64,000 nt of DNA from Camelus dromedarius (taxonomy: Eukaryota), in the NCBI RefSeq assembly GCF_036321535.1, contig NC_087472.1, forward strand, positions 102,674,001-102,738,000. Reading direction: 5' to 3'. Numbering within the stretch: the stretch's first letter is position 1; each line of letters starts with the position of its first letter. The position numbers were made by a program, and so were the translations under genes. A model generated the notes under the pieces. The model made no database searches. It was not told the origin of the DNA and was given only the letters and a program-made list of their open reading frames with translations. Of this stretch, positions 25,945-37,800 are shown piece by piece.

Positions 25945-26410
25945 TCTTAATTTGGGTTCCCCAACATGTAGACCTGGAGACAAGGATTGAGTGCAAGTAG
26001 TTTATGTGCAAGGCGGTCCAGGAAACACTAGTAGGGGACTGTGGAAATGAGACAGGGAAGGGAAGGAAGTCATTGCAGGGTGTGTTATCAAGACATTAAA
26101 CTAAGGGCGATTTGAGCTTAATCTTAGTCTGCGGAATTCTGATTGACATTGTAGATCACGCGACTCAGAGTCATCCCACCCAAGAGGTGAAAGGGCCTGC
26201 AGTCTTTATCCACAAATTTATGTCAGTCAACGGTTGAAGGCTGCTCCTGTAGCGCTAGCCTGCTCTGTACTTTCAGCCTGGGCATGGGCAGAGCAAGCTT
26301 CAGTAGCCAGAGAAAGTCCCCTGGCAAAACGTTGCAGGTATTCACAGTTGGAAGTGGAGCCTATGTGCACTGAAAAGTAAGAGCTAAGGGGCTCTGGGCA
26401 AGGCAGTTAT
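25945..26410 (-). mobile_element. LTR16C-like ERVL solo LTR
   Basis: 'gggttcccc...gagacaaggattgagtgcaagtagtttat...gagacagggaagggaaggaag'. Confidence 0.8.
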
Positions 26411-28108
26411 TACACTTAATTTCCGTTATCCCACATGCACTGGGCAGTGGCCATCGGGAAGGCTCTGGGAATTGAAGGATGTTTGCAATTGTGCCTGCGT
26501 CCTTGGGGAACTTAAAGCCCAGACAGGAAGATTGTAATAGAGTGTGGCTATGGATGGAGTTGCAAAGAATGGATATTCTTTAATAATTAGAGCTTAGCAA
26601 GCATGGCAGGGGTACGGTGTGATGGAAGTGAGTGTTGAAAGGTGTGTTGGAACCAGATTATTTTTATAGCCTTCTTTGCCATGCCTGTGGTATTAGTTTG
26701 GAAATCACTTTTTTTGCAAACAGGTTTCCTAGAAAAATTTTAAGGAATTCCAGTTGGCGATGATAGGCAAGAGTGACTTTCTTTTATAAAAGAGAAGTGA
26801 GTATACATTAAAGTTAAAAATATGGGACTTAGATTCCATGTTTAAGCTTATATAGAAAAACCCACATTTTTTCCCATAAAAGAACTTTATTGTTTAGAAT
26901 TTTTACCTGGTAGCTTACCTTGCCTAAGCAAATAATAGGAATTTGGTACCATTGCCTTTAAAAAAATTGCATCTCAATCTCCAGCTAGGATAATTTCCGT
27001 GTATGGATGTTAGCACTGATTTTTAAATTCCTTAGTTTTACTTATTAGTTTACTGTACGAAAGGTCATCAACTATCTTTCTGCGATCCAGATAAATTGTC
27101 TCTGGTGGCTCTGCCAGCATCTATTAATGCTTTTCTAGCAATCCAAAAAGCAATCTGATTTTTTTTTTTTTATAGATTTATCCCTTAGAAATCTGTCGAC
27201 AGTCATTTCATTTGCTACACTATTCAACTTACATTCACGTCATTCTTTTGTAAAAGTAAACAGAAGTACTGTGTGGTTTATAGAATGGCAGCCACAAAGA
27301 AGCCTGTTTACGTGTGAGGTGTTACCCATTTTAAGGTGTTATCCAACACAGATACGTAATCAGCACCTTCGAGACTTGGCTACTTAAGGAAGGACTACTT
27401 TGCTTTTCTAACCACTCACCCACTTTATTCCACGTTCCATTTAGACCAGTCTTCATATGAAATACAATGGTTTGGCTTACTCTGATCTATGTCTGTAATG
27501 AGGTGATTACCTTTTTAGTCAAAAGATGGTATTTTTGAACAATGTCTCCTTTTCTGTGTCTGCAGTACATCTTAGTCAATTGTGCTGATTTGGAGGAGTG
27601 TATTATGGCCTTGGGAAAGAGCTGACAAAAACTGAGGACGGATATTGCATTTCTTGGTTCTGTACTTAAGGAAACCAGCTACATTCTTCTCTCCCTTTCC
27701 CCCAAGGGTGACTTAGAAATAAATGTGATTCATTTTCGGTAAAAAGAGGGACTGTAAGATGGCCTTGGGTGCAACAACGTCAAAGCATGTGATAAATGAA
27801 GAACACAAAGCCAGAGAAAAACATGTTTACGAGGCCATTTTGGACTTGATTGGTAAAAACTGACAAGCCCTTCCCCTAAAGATTGGTTTTGAACCATGAG
27901 GGAAATACGAAAAGCAAGAGGAAGAAAGTTACTTGGCCAAACCTAGGAGGGACATTGCTAAATTTGTGTGTTGGGTAAAGGTCCTTCCCCAAATGCCCAA
28001 GATTTTGTTATCACGTTCCATCATCTAGCTCCAGGCCCCACTCAGCAGTACAGCTGGGAAAGCATGACACCATGATGGGCCAGTATGTTCAGTGGAGAAG
28101 TGCTTTTA

Positions 28109-28532
28109 TTTTTTTATTTATCTATTTATTTATTTGAAATATAGTCAGTTTACAATGTGTTAATATCTGGTGTACAGCATATATATAATGATATATTCAT
28201 TTTTATTTTTTTCATTATAGGTTATTACAAGATAGTGAATATAGTTCCCTGTGCTATACAGTAAGAACTTGTTTATCGGTTTTATATATAGTCGTTAGTA
28301 TCTGCAGATCCCAAGCCCCCAGTTTATCCTCCCCCCTGCCTTCTTACCCGCCTCCAGTAACCTTAAGTTTGCTTCTTATGTCTGTGAGTCTGTTTCTGCT
28401 TTGTAAATAAATTTATTTGTGTCATTTTTAAGATTCTACATATGAGTGATCTCATATGGTATTTATCTTTATCTGTCTGGCTTACTTCACTTAATATGAC
28501 AATCTCCAGGTCCATCCATGTTGTTGCCGGAG
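28109..28532 (-). mobile_element. 5'-truncated L1 3' end
   Basis: ORF2 end ([16 protein letters not shown]) plus 3' UTR; TSD gtgctttta at 28100-28108 and 28533-28541. Confidence 0.9.
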
Positions 28533-28651
28533 GTGCTTTTAAAATGCAGGCACCCATTGTGCAAATGATGAAGCAGGAACTCTGCCCCTTGTTTGGAAAT
28601 GTTTAAGCCTGTGCCCCTTTGCCGCTCCAATCCATGCAGAGGTTTTGAAAG

Positions 28652-28748
28652 TTTTTTTTTTTTCTTTAAATGGAAGTGCTGGGGATTGAACCCAGGACCT
28701 TGTGTATGCTAAGTATGCGCTCTACTACTTGGGCTATACCCACCCCCC
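28652..28748 (-). mobile_element. tRNA-derived SINE (camelid Vic-1 type)
   Basis: Minus strand GGGGGGTGGGTATAGCCCAAGTAGTAGAGCGC...GGTCCTGGGTTCAATCCCCAGCAC (A and B boxes) plus A-tail. Confidence 0.85.
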
Positions 28749-28779
28749 AACACATTTTTGAGATAAATATTTTAAAATT

Positions 28780-29975
28780 AAAAAGTGGAATTTTTTGATT
28801 AGCATTACATTAAATCTGTAAGTCATTTTAGGAAGAATTGACATCTTTATACCATTCCGTCATGACAGCCAGGAGCATGGCACAGTTCTGTATATTTAAA
28901 TCTGTCTTTACATGTCTTGGAAAAATTTGATAATTTTTATCATTGGGGTTCTGCATATTAAATGGGTAGTTTTTGTTTTTGTTGCTCTTGTGGGTATGAT
29001 CTGTTTTTCAAGTATTCCATTTGGCTACTCTGGGGAAGGAAAACTATTAATTTCTATATATTTACCTTGTGTGTAACCACTTGACTGAACTTTCTTGTTT
29101 TGTATGTGTAGTTTCCTTTTTAAAAAATATTTTATTTATTATTGCATTACTTTTTATTTTGGCAGGAGGGGGAGGTAATTAGGTTTATTTTTAGAGTAGG
29201 TACTAGGGATTGAACCCAGGACCTCATGCATGCTAACTAAGCATGTGCTATACCACTTGAGCTATACCCTCCCCCTTGTATATATTTTCTTAATGTCCTT
29301 TTTGATTTTTCATTGGTAGTGTATAGAAATGCAATTATTTTTGAGTGTTGAGTTTTGCATCCTGTAACGTTGCTGAATGTGTTTATTATAGCAGTTTTTT
29401 TTTTTTTTTTGGTAGAGTCTATAGAATTTTTTTAATATTTAAGATCATGCCATCTGCAAACAGGTACAGTTTTACTTCCTTTCCTATTTGGATGCCTTCT
29501 ATTTCTTTTTCTTGCCCAATGGCTCTGGTTATGACTTCGAGTACTATGTTGAATAAAAGTGTGGAGAGTTGGGCATCCTTGTCTGTTCCTGATCTTAAAG
29601 GAAAAGCTCTCAGCTTTCTACCATGGAGTATGATGTTAACTGTGGACTTGTCATATATGACCTTTATTATCTTGTGGTACATTCCACCTATACCCAATTT
29701 GTTGAGAATTTTTATCCCGCAATGATGTTGAATTTTGTCAAATGGTTTTTCTCCATCTATTGAGGCAATAATATGATTTTTCCCCTTCATTTTGTTAATA
29801 TGGTATATCACATTTATTGATCTGTGTATGTTGAACCATTCTTGCATCCCAGGGATAAATTCCACTTGATCATGGTGTATAATCCTTTGAATGTACTGCT
29901 GAGTTTGGTTTGGTAATATTTTGTTGAGGATTTTTACATCTATGTTCATCAGCGATACTGGTCTGTAATTTTCTC
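28780..29975 (-). mobile_element. Old L1 ORF2 fragments (RT region)
   Basis: ORF 29419-29949 gives [19 protein letters not shown]...YLFADGMI; 28780-29100 is more degraded. Confidence 0.85.
29130..29275 (-). mobile_element. tRNA-derived SINE (camelid Vic-1 type), inserted in L1
   Basis: Minus strand GGGGGAGGGTATAGCTCAAGTGGTATAGC...GGTCCTGGGTTCAATCCC with tail 'aaacctaattacctcccc'. Confidence 0.85.
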
Positions 29976-29979
29976 ATAG

Positions 29980-30287
29980 TGGCACATGAGTCCTTCTTAA
30001 GAGGGATTCTGGAGGAGTCAGAGTGAGAGTAGGAGGTGATGTGATGATGGAAGCAGATTTGTTGATGGATTTTGAAGATTCAGGAAGCAGCCAGAAGCCA
30101 AGGAATACTAAGGGCACTAGAAGGCTGGAAGACGAAAAGAAATGGCGACGAAAAGAAATGGCATCTCTCCAGAGCCACCAGCCCTGCAGCATATTCAACT
30201 TCTTGCCTCCAGTACTGTAAGAGAATAATACAGTTGTGTTTTTTTAAGTCATCAAATTTGTTACAAAAGCAATAGAAAACTAATACA
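29980..30287 (+). mobile_element. MLT1C/D LTR 3' half
   Basis: 'cctccagtactgtaagagaataa...tttgttacaaaagcaatagaaaactaataca'. Confidence 0.8.
30131..30162. repeat. 16-bp perfect tandem duplication
   Basis: gacgaaaagaaatggc twice in tandem. Confidence 0.95.
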
Positions 30288-30799
30288 CTTCCTTGTACCC
30301 CTACAGATTTTTCTCTTAAAAAACTACTTGCATTCAAATTGTCCTCTCAACATTTCCTTCTGGGGGAATTCATACTCTAACACGCACCATCTTTGCTCTA
30401 TGCTCCACCCCTTTTCTCACCCCAGGCCAAGTCCATATGTCTTTTCCTGGACAGTTGCTGGAGTGAGTCTCTACCAGCAACTATTGAAATAGTGAACCCA
30501 CTACCAACACAGTCATGTTTTTTGATTTAATTAGAGCTTATGCATTCAGTATTCTCTTCACTTGGTCTGCTTATTTCTTTATCATAGCAAGTAAAACAGT
30601 AAAGGTATAGTCTGAAAGGAGATGTTGGTTCAAATGAAGTTAAGTCACTCCTGGAAGTTCAAAGTGACTGTGCACTCAATTTGATTTGAATAAAACTTAT
30701 TTTCTTAATGATTTTGAAGAACTTTAAAGCACCTGTTCATCCAGTTCATATATTATACTGTATTTATGAAGGCAGGGGAGTGAGCATCTACTGTATTTG

Positions 30800-31300
30800 G
30801 AAATTACTTACAGAGACAGAATCAGTGACATGTGGCTTGAGTGGCAAGGGAACAGTAAGGGGTGTCAAGTAACAGTATCACTGGAAAAGCTGGAGGGACG
30901 GTATGAGCTAGACTGCCAGGGTCGGCTTTCACAGCGAACCGCAGACGGGGCTCCAGGGGCACTGTGGCCCCTACTGCCAGCTGAAGGCGCTTCTGGAGCG
31001 GGCCACTAGTAGAAAAGTGCTGCCTGGGAGCCTCCGCTGTGAGCAGGAAGCCACTTCTGCTGACTCGGGAAACGGCGGTGTCAGCTGCTGGCGTTGGAAC
31101 CGGGCAGCCGCAGTTATGGTCTGTGTCCACAAAATGCATTTCTTACACCTGGCCTCTGCTTCTGCATCACTTGGTTCCAAATCCAGCATTGGATGAGTGC
31201 ATCTGTTATGCAGAATCGAAATCTCATCCACAATTTTAGTTGTAAGGGAGTCTGGAAAACAGAGCTTGTGGCTTTCAGGTCTCTGTAAGCCAGGAAGGCA
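30800..31300 (-). mobile_element. Old MLT1-type LTR with a CpG-enriched segment
   Basis: 'gagtgcatctg...ttagttgtaagggagtctggaaaa' resembles the MLT1 'ctagctgcaagggaggctgggaaa' motif. Confidence 0.5.
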
Positions 31301-32607
31301 CAGAAGGGGGCTGGAGCAGAAGTGAGCAAGCCAGTCCGCAAAACCCACTACCCTACGTGCTGGCAGCAATATTGGGACGATAAGAAGAAAAAAAGCATTT
31401 TGTTAAATGTTCCTAGGACTAGAAAACTGCATTAGGTCCAACAGCCCATTCCTCTTAATTGTGATTAATACTCTGTTACTATACTTTTTATGTAGCAATA
31501 TTGGTTCTCCTTTGCTTAGGCTAGTATTTTGGTAAGCTTTAGTGAGCCCATTTTTAATATAAACTGCCTCAGGTCACAGATTGCAAGTTCTGCCTTTTAT
31601 CTCTTCATGTGTCAGCCGCAGTGTTTCAGAGCCTGGGGGTGTTGGATAATACTGGCTGATGATCTTGAGCCTTGATTCCATAACCAAAGGGGAAAGTTTG
31701 TGAATTAATATAGAAATTATTTTGTTGAATTAGATCCTGGGGCTATTAAATTTGGAATTCTGCCCAACCACAGTAATTCTTCTGGGCTATTGCTATGCTG
31801 TGAATGCTTTGAGCATCCAGAATCCATGTTCAGGGGAAAGGAGGAGGAAGTGGTATGCTTTGGAGAGATGTGTGCATGAAGTCCTGTTTCAGTGAAGCTG
31901 AGGAACGTTGATGGAGGTGCTCACCATTTTTCCTTCTTTCTCGTCTCATCGTGTTTAATTTGCTGAAAGGTCTAGTTCCACTGGATGCTACAGTGGGGGA
32001 AAAGCAGCAATAACTGTTACTCATTTCATGGTTGTTTTGCCTCTGCTCCCCATGGAAAACATTGGGAGCCATCTGATAAATTTAGTTTTGTGAAAATAAC
32101 ATTTTAAAGGCAGATGGTGGTAGGCTTTTATAATTTTATCCCTGGCTTTTCATGCATGCATCTTCAAAGATTTTTGGATTGCAACTAGAAACCAAAACAT
32201 AACTTTAGGAACATAGTTTAGCCATCAAATGGTTTTGAAAATAAACACTCAAATACGACTTGTGAAATGGGGTTCTTAGAAACAGCTCTAAGAGCAAGAT
32301 GTTTCTTTTCAGGGAGCATCATCAGAGTTTGTGTCTTGCAGTATTTGGAATAACCATAGGGGATGTTGGCAAACCAACAGCAACATAAAATAACTAACAT
32401 CTGGAAAGGTGGCAGCCGTGGGTTGGAAGGCTACCTCATAGGGTAACAGGTATGCAAGGTAACTGCTGGGGATCCTCTCCCTCCTCCTCCTCCCTCCCTC
32501 CCTCCTAGCCCCCTCCCTGTCGCTGTCACAGAGAGCATGTGGCTTACAAAGCCTGAAATGGTTTTACCCTTGGAGCGAGAAAGTGTGCAGACCCAGATCT
32601 GGAAACC

Positions 32608-32798
32608 CTGCTATTCAGAGTGCGGTACGAGGACCAGCTGCATCAGCGTCACCTATGAATGTATTAAATGTGCAAATTCTTGGGTCCCACCCCGGAAGAA
32701 CTGAATCAGAAAGTTGAGGTGGCGGGGTAGACCCGGTCATCTGTTTTCACAAGCCTTCTGGACAATTTCTCATGTAGGCACGAATCTGAGAACCACTG
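32608..32798. mobile_element. MER5A MITE
   Basis: 'ctattcagagtgcggt...gcatcagcgtcacct...actgaatcagaaa...tgagaaccactg'. Confidence 0.8.
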
Positions 32799-32884
32799 TC
32801 TTAAAGAATCACACGGCCATTCCATCTGCTTTCTTTGATCACCAGGCAAATTCTGTGACAATGAAAACCTATCTCCACGAAACA

Positions 32885-33020
32885 ATTCCTGGCTTCTGGC
32901 CAAGATGGAGTATCAGGGACCTAATTTATCCTCCTGCCTGAAACAAGAAGAAGCTGAACAATACCTACGAAACGATGGCCTTCCAGATACCAGGCATCGG
33001 GCTGTGAAGACCCACCCATG
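32885..33020 (+). mobile_element. Ancient L1M 5'-end fragment
   Basis: 'cttctggccaagatggagtatcagggacc...cctcctgcctgaaacaa'. Confidence 0.65.
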
Positions 33021-34420
33021 GCTAGTGAGGCAGTTATTACAGTAATTCTCAACAGAACCAAAGAATCCACACCCAGTGACCCATAACTCATTCTGAAGAC
33101 GCGGCTGGCACAGGGTCCTCTGAAGGCGCAGCTCAGCTCCCCTGGCCAAGAGCAGCTCTTCCCCACAACCTTGCTGGGACCATCCGCTCGGGTCCTGAGG
33201 TCTCCTAAAGGCTGTGTTTCATTGCGGCTGTCCATTCAGCAGGGTAACGGATACGGGTGAGGACAGCAGGCGGAGGGAGGGAGTAGCTGTCCGTCCATTC
33301 GGTTATTCCATTTCATTCAATCAATCAGTGAACATTCCATGCTCATCGAAGTGTCTTTGATGCCCCCAGCACCGGGCTGGACGCCGGGGACTCAACGGCA
33401 CGCTAGCACAGGCGTGGTCTACACTCTGATGGCGTTTCCCGTCTCTGGGGAGACAGACATTAGCCAGGTGGTCCTGAGCTCAGAAGAGCTAGAGGAGCAA
33501 AGCACGGGAACTGACTGAGGCTTCCGGAGGGGAACCGGGGACGGGTTCCACCCCTTAGATACGAAGGCTGAGTCTGAGGTCATCAGACACGGTTAGAGAG
33601 GGTGGTCCAGGACGCAGGAACAGGAACAGAAGCTCCGTGGTGGAAAGAGGAGGGCGCTCTCCCGGGCTCGGAAGCAGCCCGAACAGAGAGCGGGCTCAGT
33701 GCGGGCGGGGCCAGGAAGGGTCTAGTGGAGCCAGACCCACCCAGGGCTTTCCAGGCCGCCCGAAGGAGTCTGGACTTCATCCTCTGGATCCTGTGAGGCC
33801 ACGGAGCGCCGTTAACCACGAGGAAGAGACTGGGGTTGTCCGAGATCCCCCTGGCCGGTGTGACGGGCACAAAGTGCATGTGCAGGCGAGGAGGCGCTCG
33901 CCGCGATAGCTCAGGAAAAGCGGGCAGGTGCTTGGACCGGGGCCGAGGCAGCGGAAGAAGACGACAGTGACGGGTCAGAGAGCGCGTTCCTGAGTACCAC
34001 GGACGACTCCTCACTTTCTGCACCTAGACCCCGCGGGTGCTGTGGTGTTCCCTGAGCTGCGGTTGACCCCAGAGGGCGAGGCTGTGAGGACAAAGACGCT
34101 GAGCTGACTTTCAGGTGACCGGAGGCCGGCTGAAGGGAGGGTTTCTGGTAGGCGAGTGGCTATACGGCTCCGCAGGTCGGGAGTGCCGGTGTTGGGTGCC
34201 GTCAGCCCCTCCTGGACAGCCATGAAAACTTCCTGCGGTCAAGCATGCATGAGTGCATCACTGATCAGGTCAAAGTGCTTCAGACCCTCTGCTTTGCAAA
34301 GTACGGTCCTTGGACAAGCAGCACGAGCTTGGGAGACACGCAGCACTTTGGGCCGCGTCCCAGACTAGCGGACTCCGCATCTGCACCTTAACAAGCCCCC
34401 CAGGGGCGCACAGGAGAGTG
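32900..34420. promoter_or_regulatory. CpG-island-like GC peak with no associated gene visible
   Basis: Hand count of 18 CpG in 33841-34020 versus 1 in an equal-length background window (13381-13560). Confidence 0.7.
33310..34200 (-). mobile_element. L2 LINE 3' portion, strongly GC-shifted
   Basis: L2 landmarks in order: 'tcattcaatcaatc', 'gcaccgggctggacgccgggga', 'tggggagacagaca', 'cagggcttt...aggagtctggacttcatcct', 'gcttggaccgggg...ggcagcgga'. Confidence 0.7.
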
Positions 34421-34520
34421 TGAGAGGCCCATTTCCCTGCAATCAGAACTCTGGTGGTGGGTGCCCAGCAGTCTGCTGAAACAAGCCCTCCAGGTGACCC
34501 TGATGTAAGAACAACTGCTA
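34290..34520. mobile_element. MER5-family MITE fragments
   Basis: 'atctgcaccttaacaagcccccca' and 'aatcagaactctgg...aacaagccctccaggtga'. Confidence 0.65.
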
Positions 34521-34879
34521 GTCTAGGGTCAGGGCCATTAGAGACACAGTAGGCTATGGTCATCTTAATTCAAACTTTGAACAAAATTATGTTTCTTTCC
34601 ATTTCAGAAGGCAATCTTCTGTGCAGTTCTTTAGATGAAAAGGCAGTGCTACCGGAACTCACTGTGGCTGAGGTCATCCTAATCAGAGTTGGGAAAATCC
34701 CCTTCAGGTGATTAACCACAAGGTAGGAATAGGAGGAAATGATCTCGTTTATTTATACCTGGTTCTGTATTAATCAACAAAAATTATTTTATTTTGATTC
34801 AGAAATGATTACAGATTATTATACAGATTACAGTGACAATACTAGCCAGTTTGAATCGATAAATGTTAATATTTGGCAT

Positions 34880-37800
34880 ATTTTTTTCTTTTTTAAATGA
34901 AGTACAGTTGACTTACAGTGATGTGTTTCTGGTTTACAGCAAAGTGATTGAGTTGTGCATGTCTATATTCTTTCTCATCTTTTCTATTATGGTTTATTAT
35001 AGGATATTGAATATAGTTCCTTGTGCTCTACAGTAGAACCTTGTTGTTTATTTTATATAGAGTAGTTTGTATCTACAAATCCCAGACCCCCAATTTATCA
35101 TTCCCCTCCCCCCTTTCCCTTTGGTAACAGTGTTTTGTTTTCTATGTCTGTCACTCTCTTTCTGTTTTGTAAATAAATTCATTTGTATCATTTTTTTAAA
35201 TTTTCTACATATAAGTGATGATGTATTTGTCTTTCTCTGACTTAAATACTTAGTATGATAATCTCTAGGTCCATCCATGTTGCTGCAAATGGCATTATTT
35301 CATTCTTTTCTATGGCGGAGTAGTAGTCCACTGTGTGTATGTATTTGTGTGTTTGTATACACGTACACACACACACACATACACACATATATATATATAC
35401 ATACACCACATCTTTATCCAGTTATCTGTGGATGGACATTTAGGTCTCTTCCATGTCTTGGTTGTTGTAAATCATGCCTCTATGAACACTTGGGTGCATG
35501 TATCTTTTCAAATTACAGTTTTCTCCGGATACATGCCCAGGATTGCTGGATCATGTGGTAAGTCTAACTTTTTAGTTTTTTAAGGAATCTCCATACTGTT
35601 TTCGATAGTGGCTGCACCAAATTACATTCCCACTAACAGTGTAGGAGGGTTCCCTTTTCTCCATACCCTCCTCAGCATTTATTGTTTGTGGACTTTTTAA
35701 TGAAAACCATTCTGACCACTATAAGGTGGTATCTCACTGTAGTTTTGATTTGCATTTCTCTGAAAATTAGTGATATTGAGCATTTTTTCATGTGCCTGTT
35801 GGCCATATGGATGTCTTTTTTGAAAAATGTCTATTTAGGTCTTCTGCTCATTTTTTGATTGGGTGGTTTGGTTTTTTGTTACTGAGTTGTACAAGGTTTT
35901 TCTATATTCTGGAAATTAAACCCATGTCAGCCACATCATTTGCAAATATTTTCTCTTAGTCCCTAGGCTGTTTTTTCGTTTTGTTTATGGTTTCCTTTAC
36001 TGTGCAAAAACTTATGCATTTGATTAAGTCCCATTTGTTTGCTTTTGCTTTTATTTCTATTGTCCTGGGAGACTGACCTAAGAAAACATTGCTATGATTC
36101 ATTTCAGAGAATGTTTTTCCTGTGTCCTCTTCTGGGAGTTTTATGGTGTCATGTCTTATATTTAAGTCTTTAAGCCATTTTGAACTTATTCTTGTGTATG
36201 GTGTGAGGGAGTGTTCTAACTTCATTGATTTACATGCAGCTGTCAGCTTTCCCAACACCACCGGCCAAAAAGACTGTCTTTTCTCCATTGTATCTTATTG
36301 TCTCCTTTGTCAAAGATTAATTGACTAAGTCTGTGGGTTTATTTCTGGGCTTTCTATCCTGTTCCATTGATCTGTGTTTGTTTTTGTGCCAATACCGTAC
36401 TGTAGCTCTGTACTGTTGTCTGTAGTCAGAGGGTTATGCCTCCAGCTTTGAGGAACAAGAATGGTACTGCTGTGGCAATTCTGGGTCTTTTATGGTTCCA
36501 TATAAATTTGAGGATCATTTGTTCTAGTTCTTTAAAAACTGTCCTGGGTAATTTAACAGGGATTGCATTAAATCTGTAGATTGTTTTGGGTAGTATGGCC
36601 ATTTTAACAATATTAATTCTTCCAATCCAAGAGCATGGGATATCTTTCCATTTCTCTGAATCATTTTCAGTTTTCTTTATCAATGTTTTATAGTCTCAGC
36701 CTATAAGTGAAAATCCTCCTTGGTCAGGATTATTCCTAAGTATTTTTGTTTTTTATGTGACTTTAAAAGAGACTTTTTTTTTTACTTTCCCTTTCTGATA
36801 TTTCATTGTTAGTGTAAAAAAAATGCAACACACTTCTGTATGTTCATATTGCATCCTGCTAGGTTGCTGAATTCATTTATCAGCTCTAGTAGTCTTTGGA
36901 GGCTTTAGGGTTTTCTACATATAATATGTTATCTGCATAGTGATAATTTTTTACCTCTTCCTTTCCAATTTGGATCCCTTTTCTTTCTTTTTCTTACTGA
37001 ATTTTTTACCTCTTCCTTTCCAATTTGGATCCCTTTTCTTTCTTTTTCTTACCTGATTGCTGTGACTAGGACTTCCAATACGATGTTGAATAGAAGTGGT
37101 GAGAGTGGGCAGCCTTGTCTTGTTGCAGATTTTAGCAGGAAGGCTTTCAGCTTTTCACTGTTGAGTATTATGTTGGCTCTGGCTCCGTCATAAATAGCTT
37201 TTGTTATGTTGAGATATGTTCCCTCTATACCCACTTTGGTAAGAATTTTTATCATGAATGGATGTTGAATTTTATCAGATGATTTTTCTGCATCTATTAA
37301 GATGATCATGTGGTTTTTGTCTTTTCCTTTGTTAATGTGGCGTATCACATTTATTGATTTGTGTATGTTGAGTCATCCTTGTGACCCTGGGATGAATCCA
37401 ACTTGATGATGGTCTATGATCTTTATTATGTATTGTCAGGTTCAGTTTGCTAGTATTTTATTGAGAATTTTTGCATCTATATTCATCAGAGGTATTAGCC
37501 TGTAATTTTCTTTTTTTTGGTTGTGTCTCTGTCTGGTTTTGGTATCAGGCTAATAGTTTCTGAATAGAATGACTTTAGGAGTATTCTCTCCTCTTCAGGC
37601 TTTTGGAAGAGTTTGAGAAGGATCGGTATGAGTTCTTTGTATGTTTTAGAATTCCCAGTGAAGCCATCTGATCTTGGACTTTTATTTGCAGGGAGTTTAT
37701 TATAGATTCTATTTCACTTCCTGTGATTGGTCTATTCAAATCATCTATTTCTTCTTGATGTAGTTTTTGTGGAACATATATTTCTAGAGATATGTCCGTT

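Noticed and set aside
28670..28748. tRNA genes (also 29200-29275)
   Set aside because: Both have A-rich tails and degenerate stems; they are SINE heads.
33583..34023. 146-aa and neighbouring ORFs in the GC peak as a protein-coding gene
   Set aside because: They lie within an L2 fossil. High GC depletes stop codons and opens frames on both strands, and no domain is recognisable.
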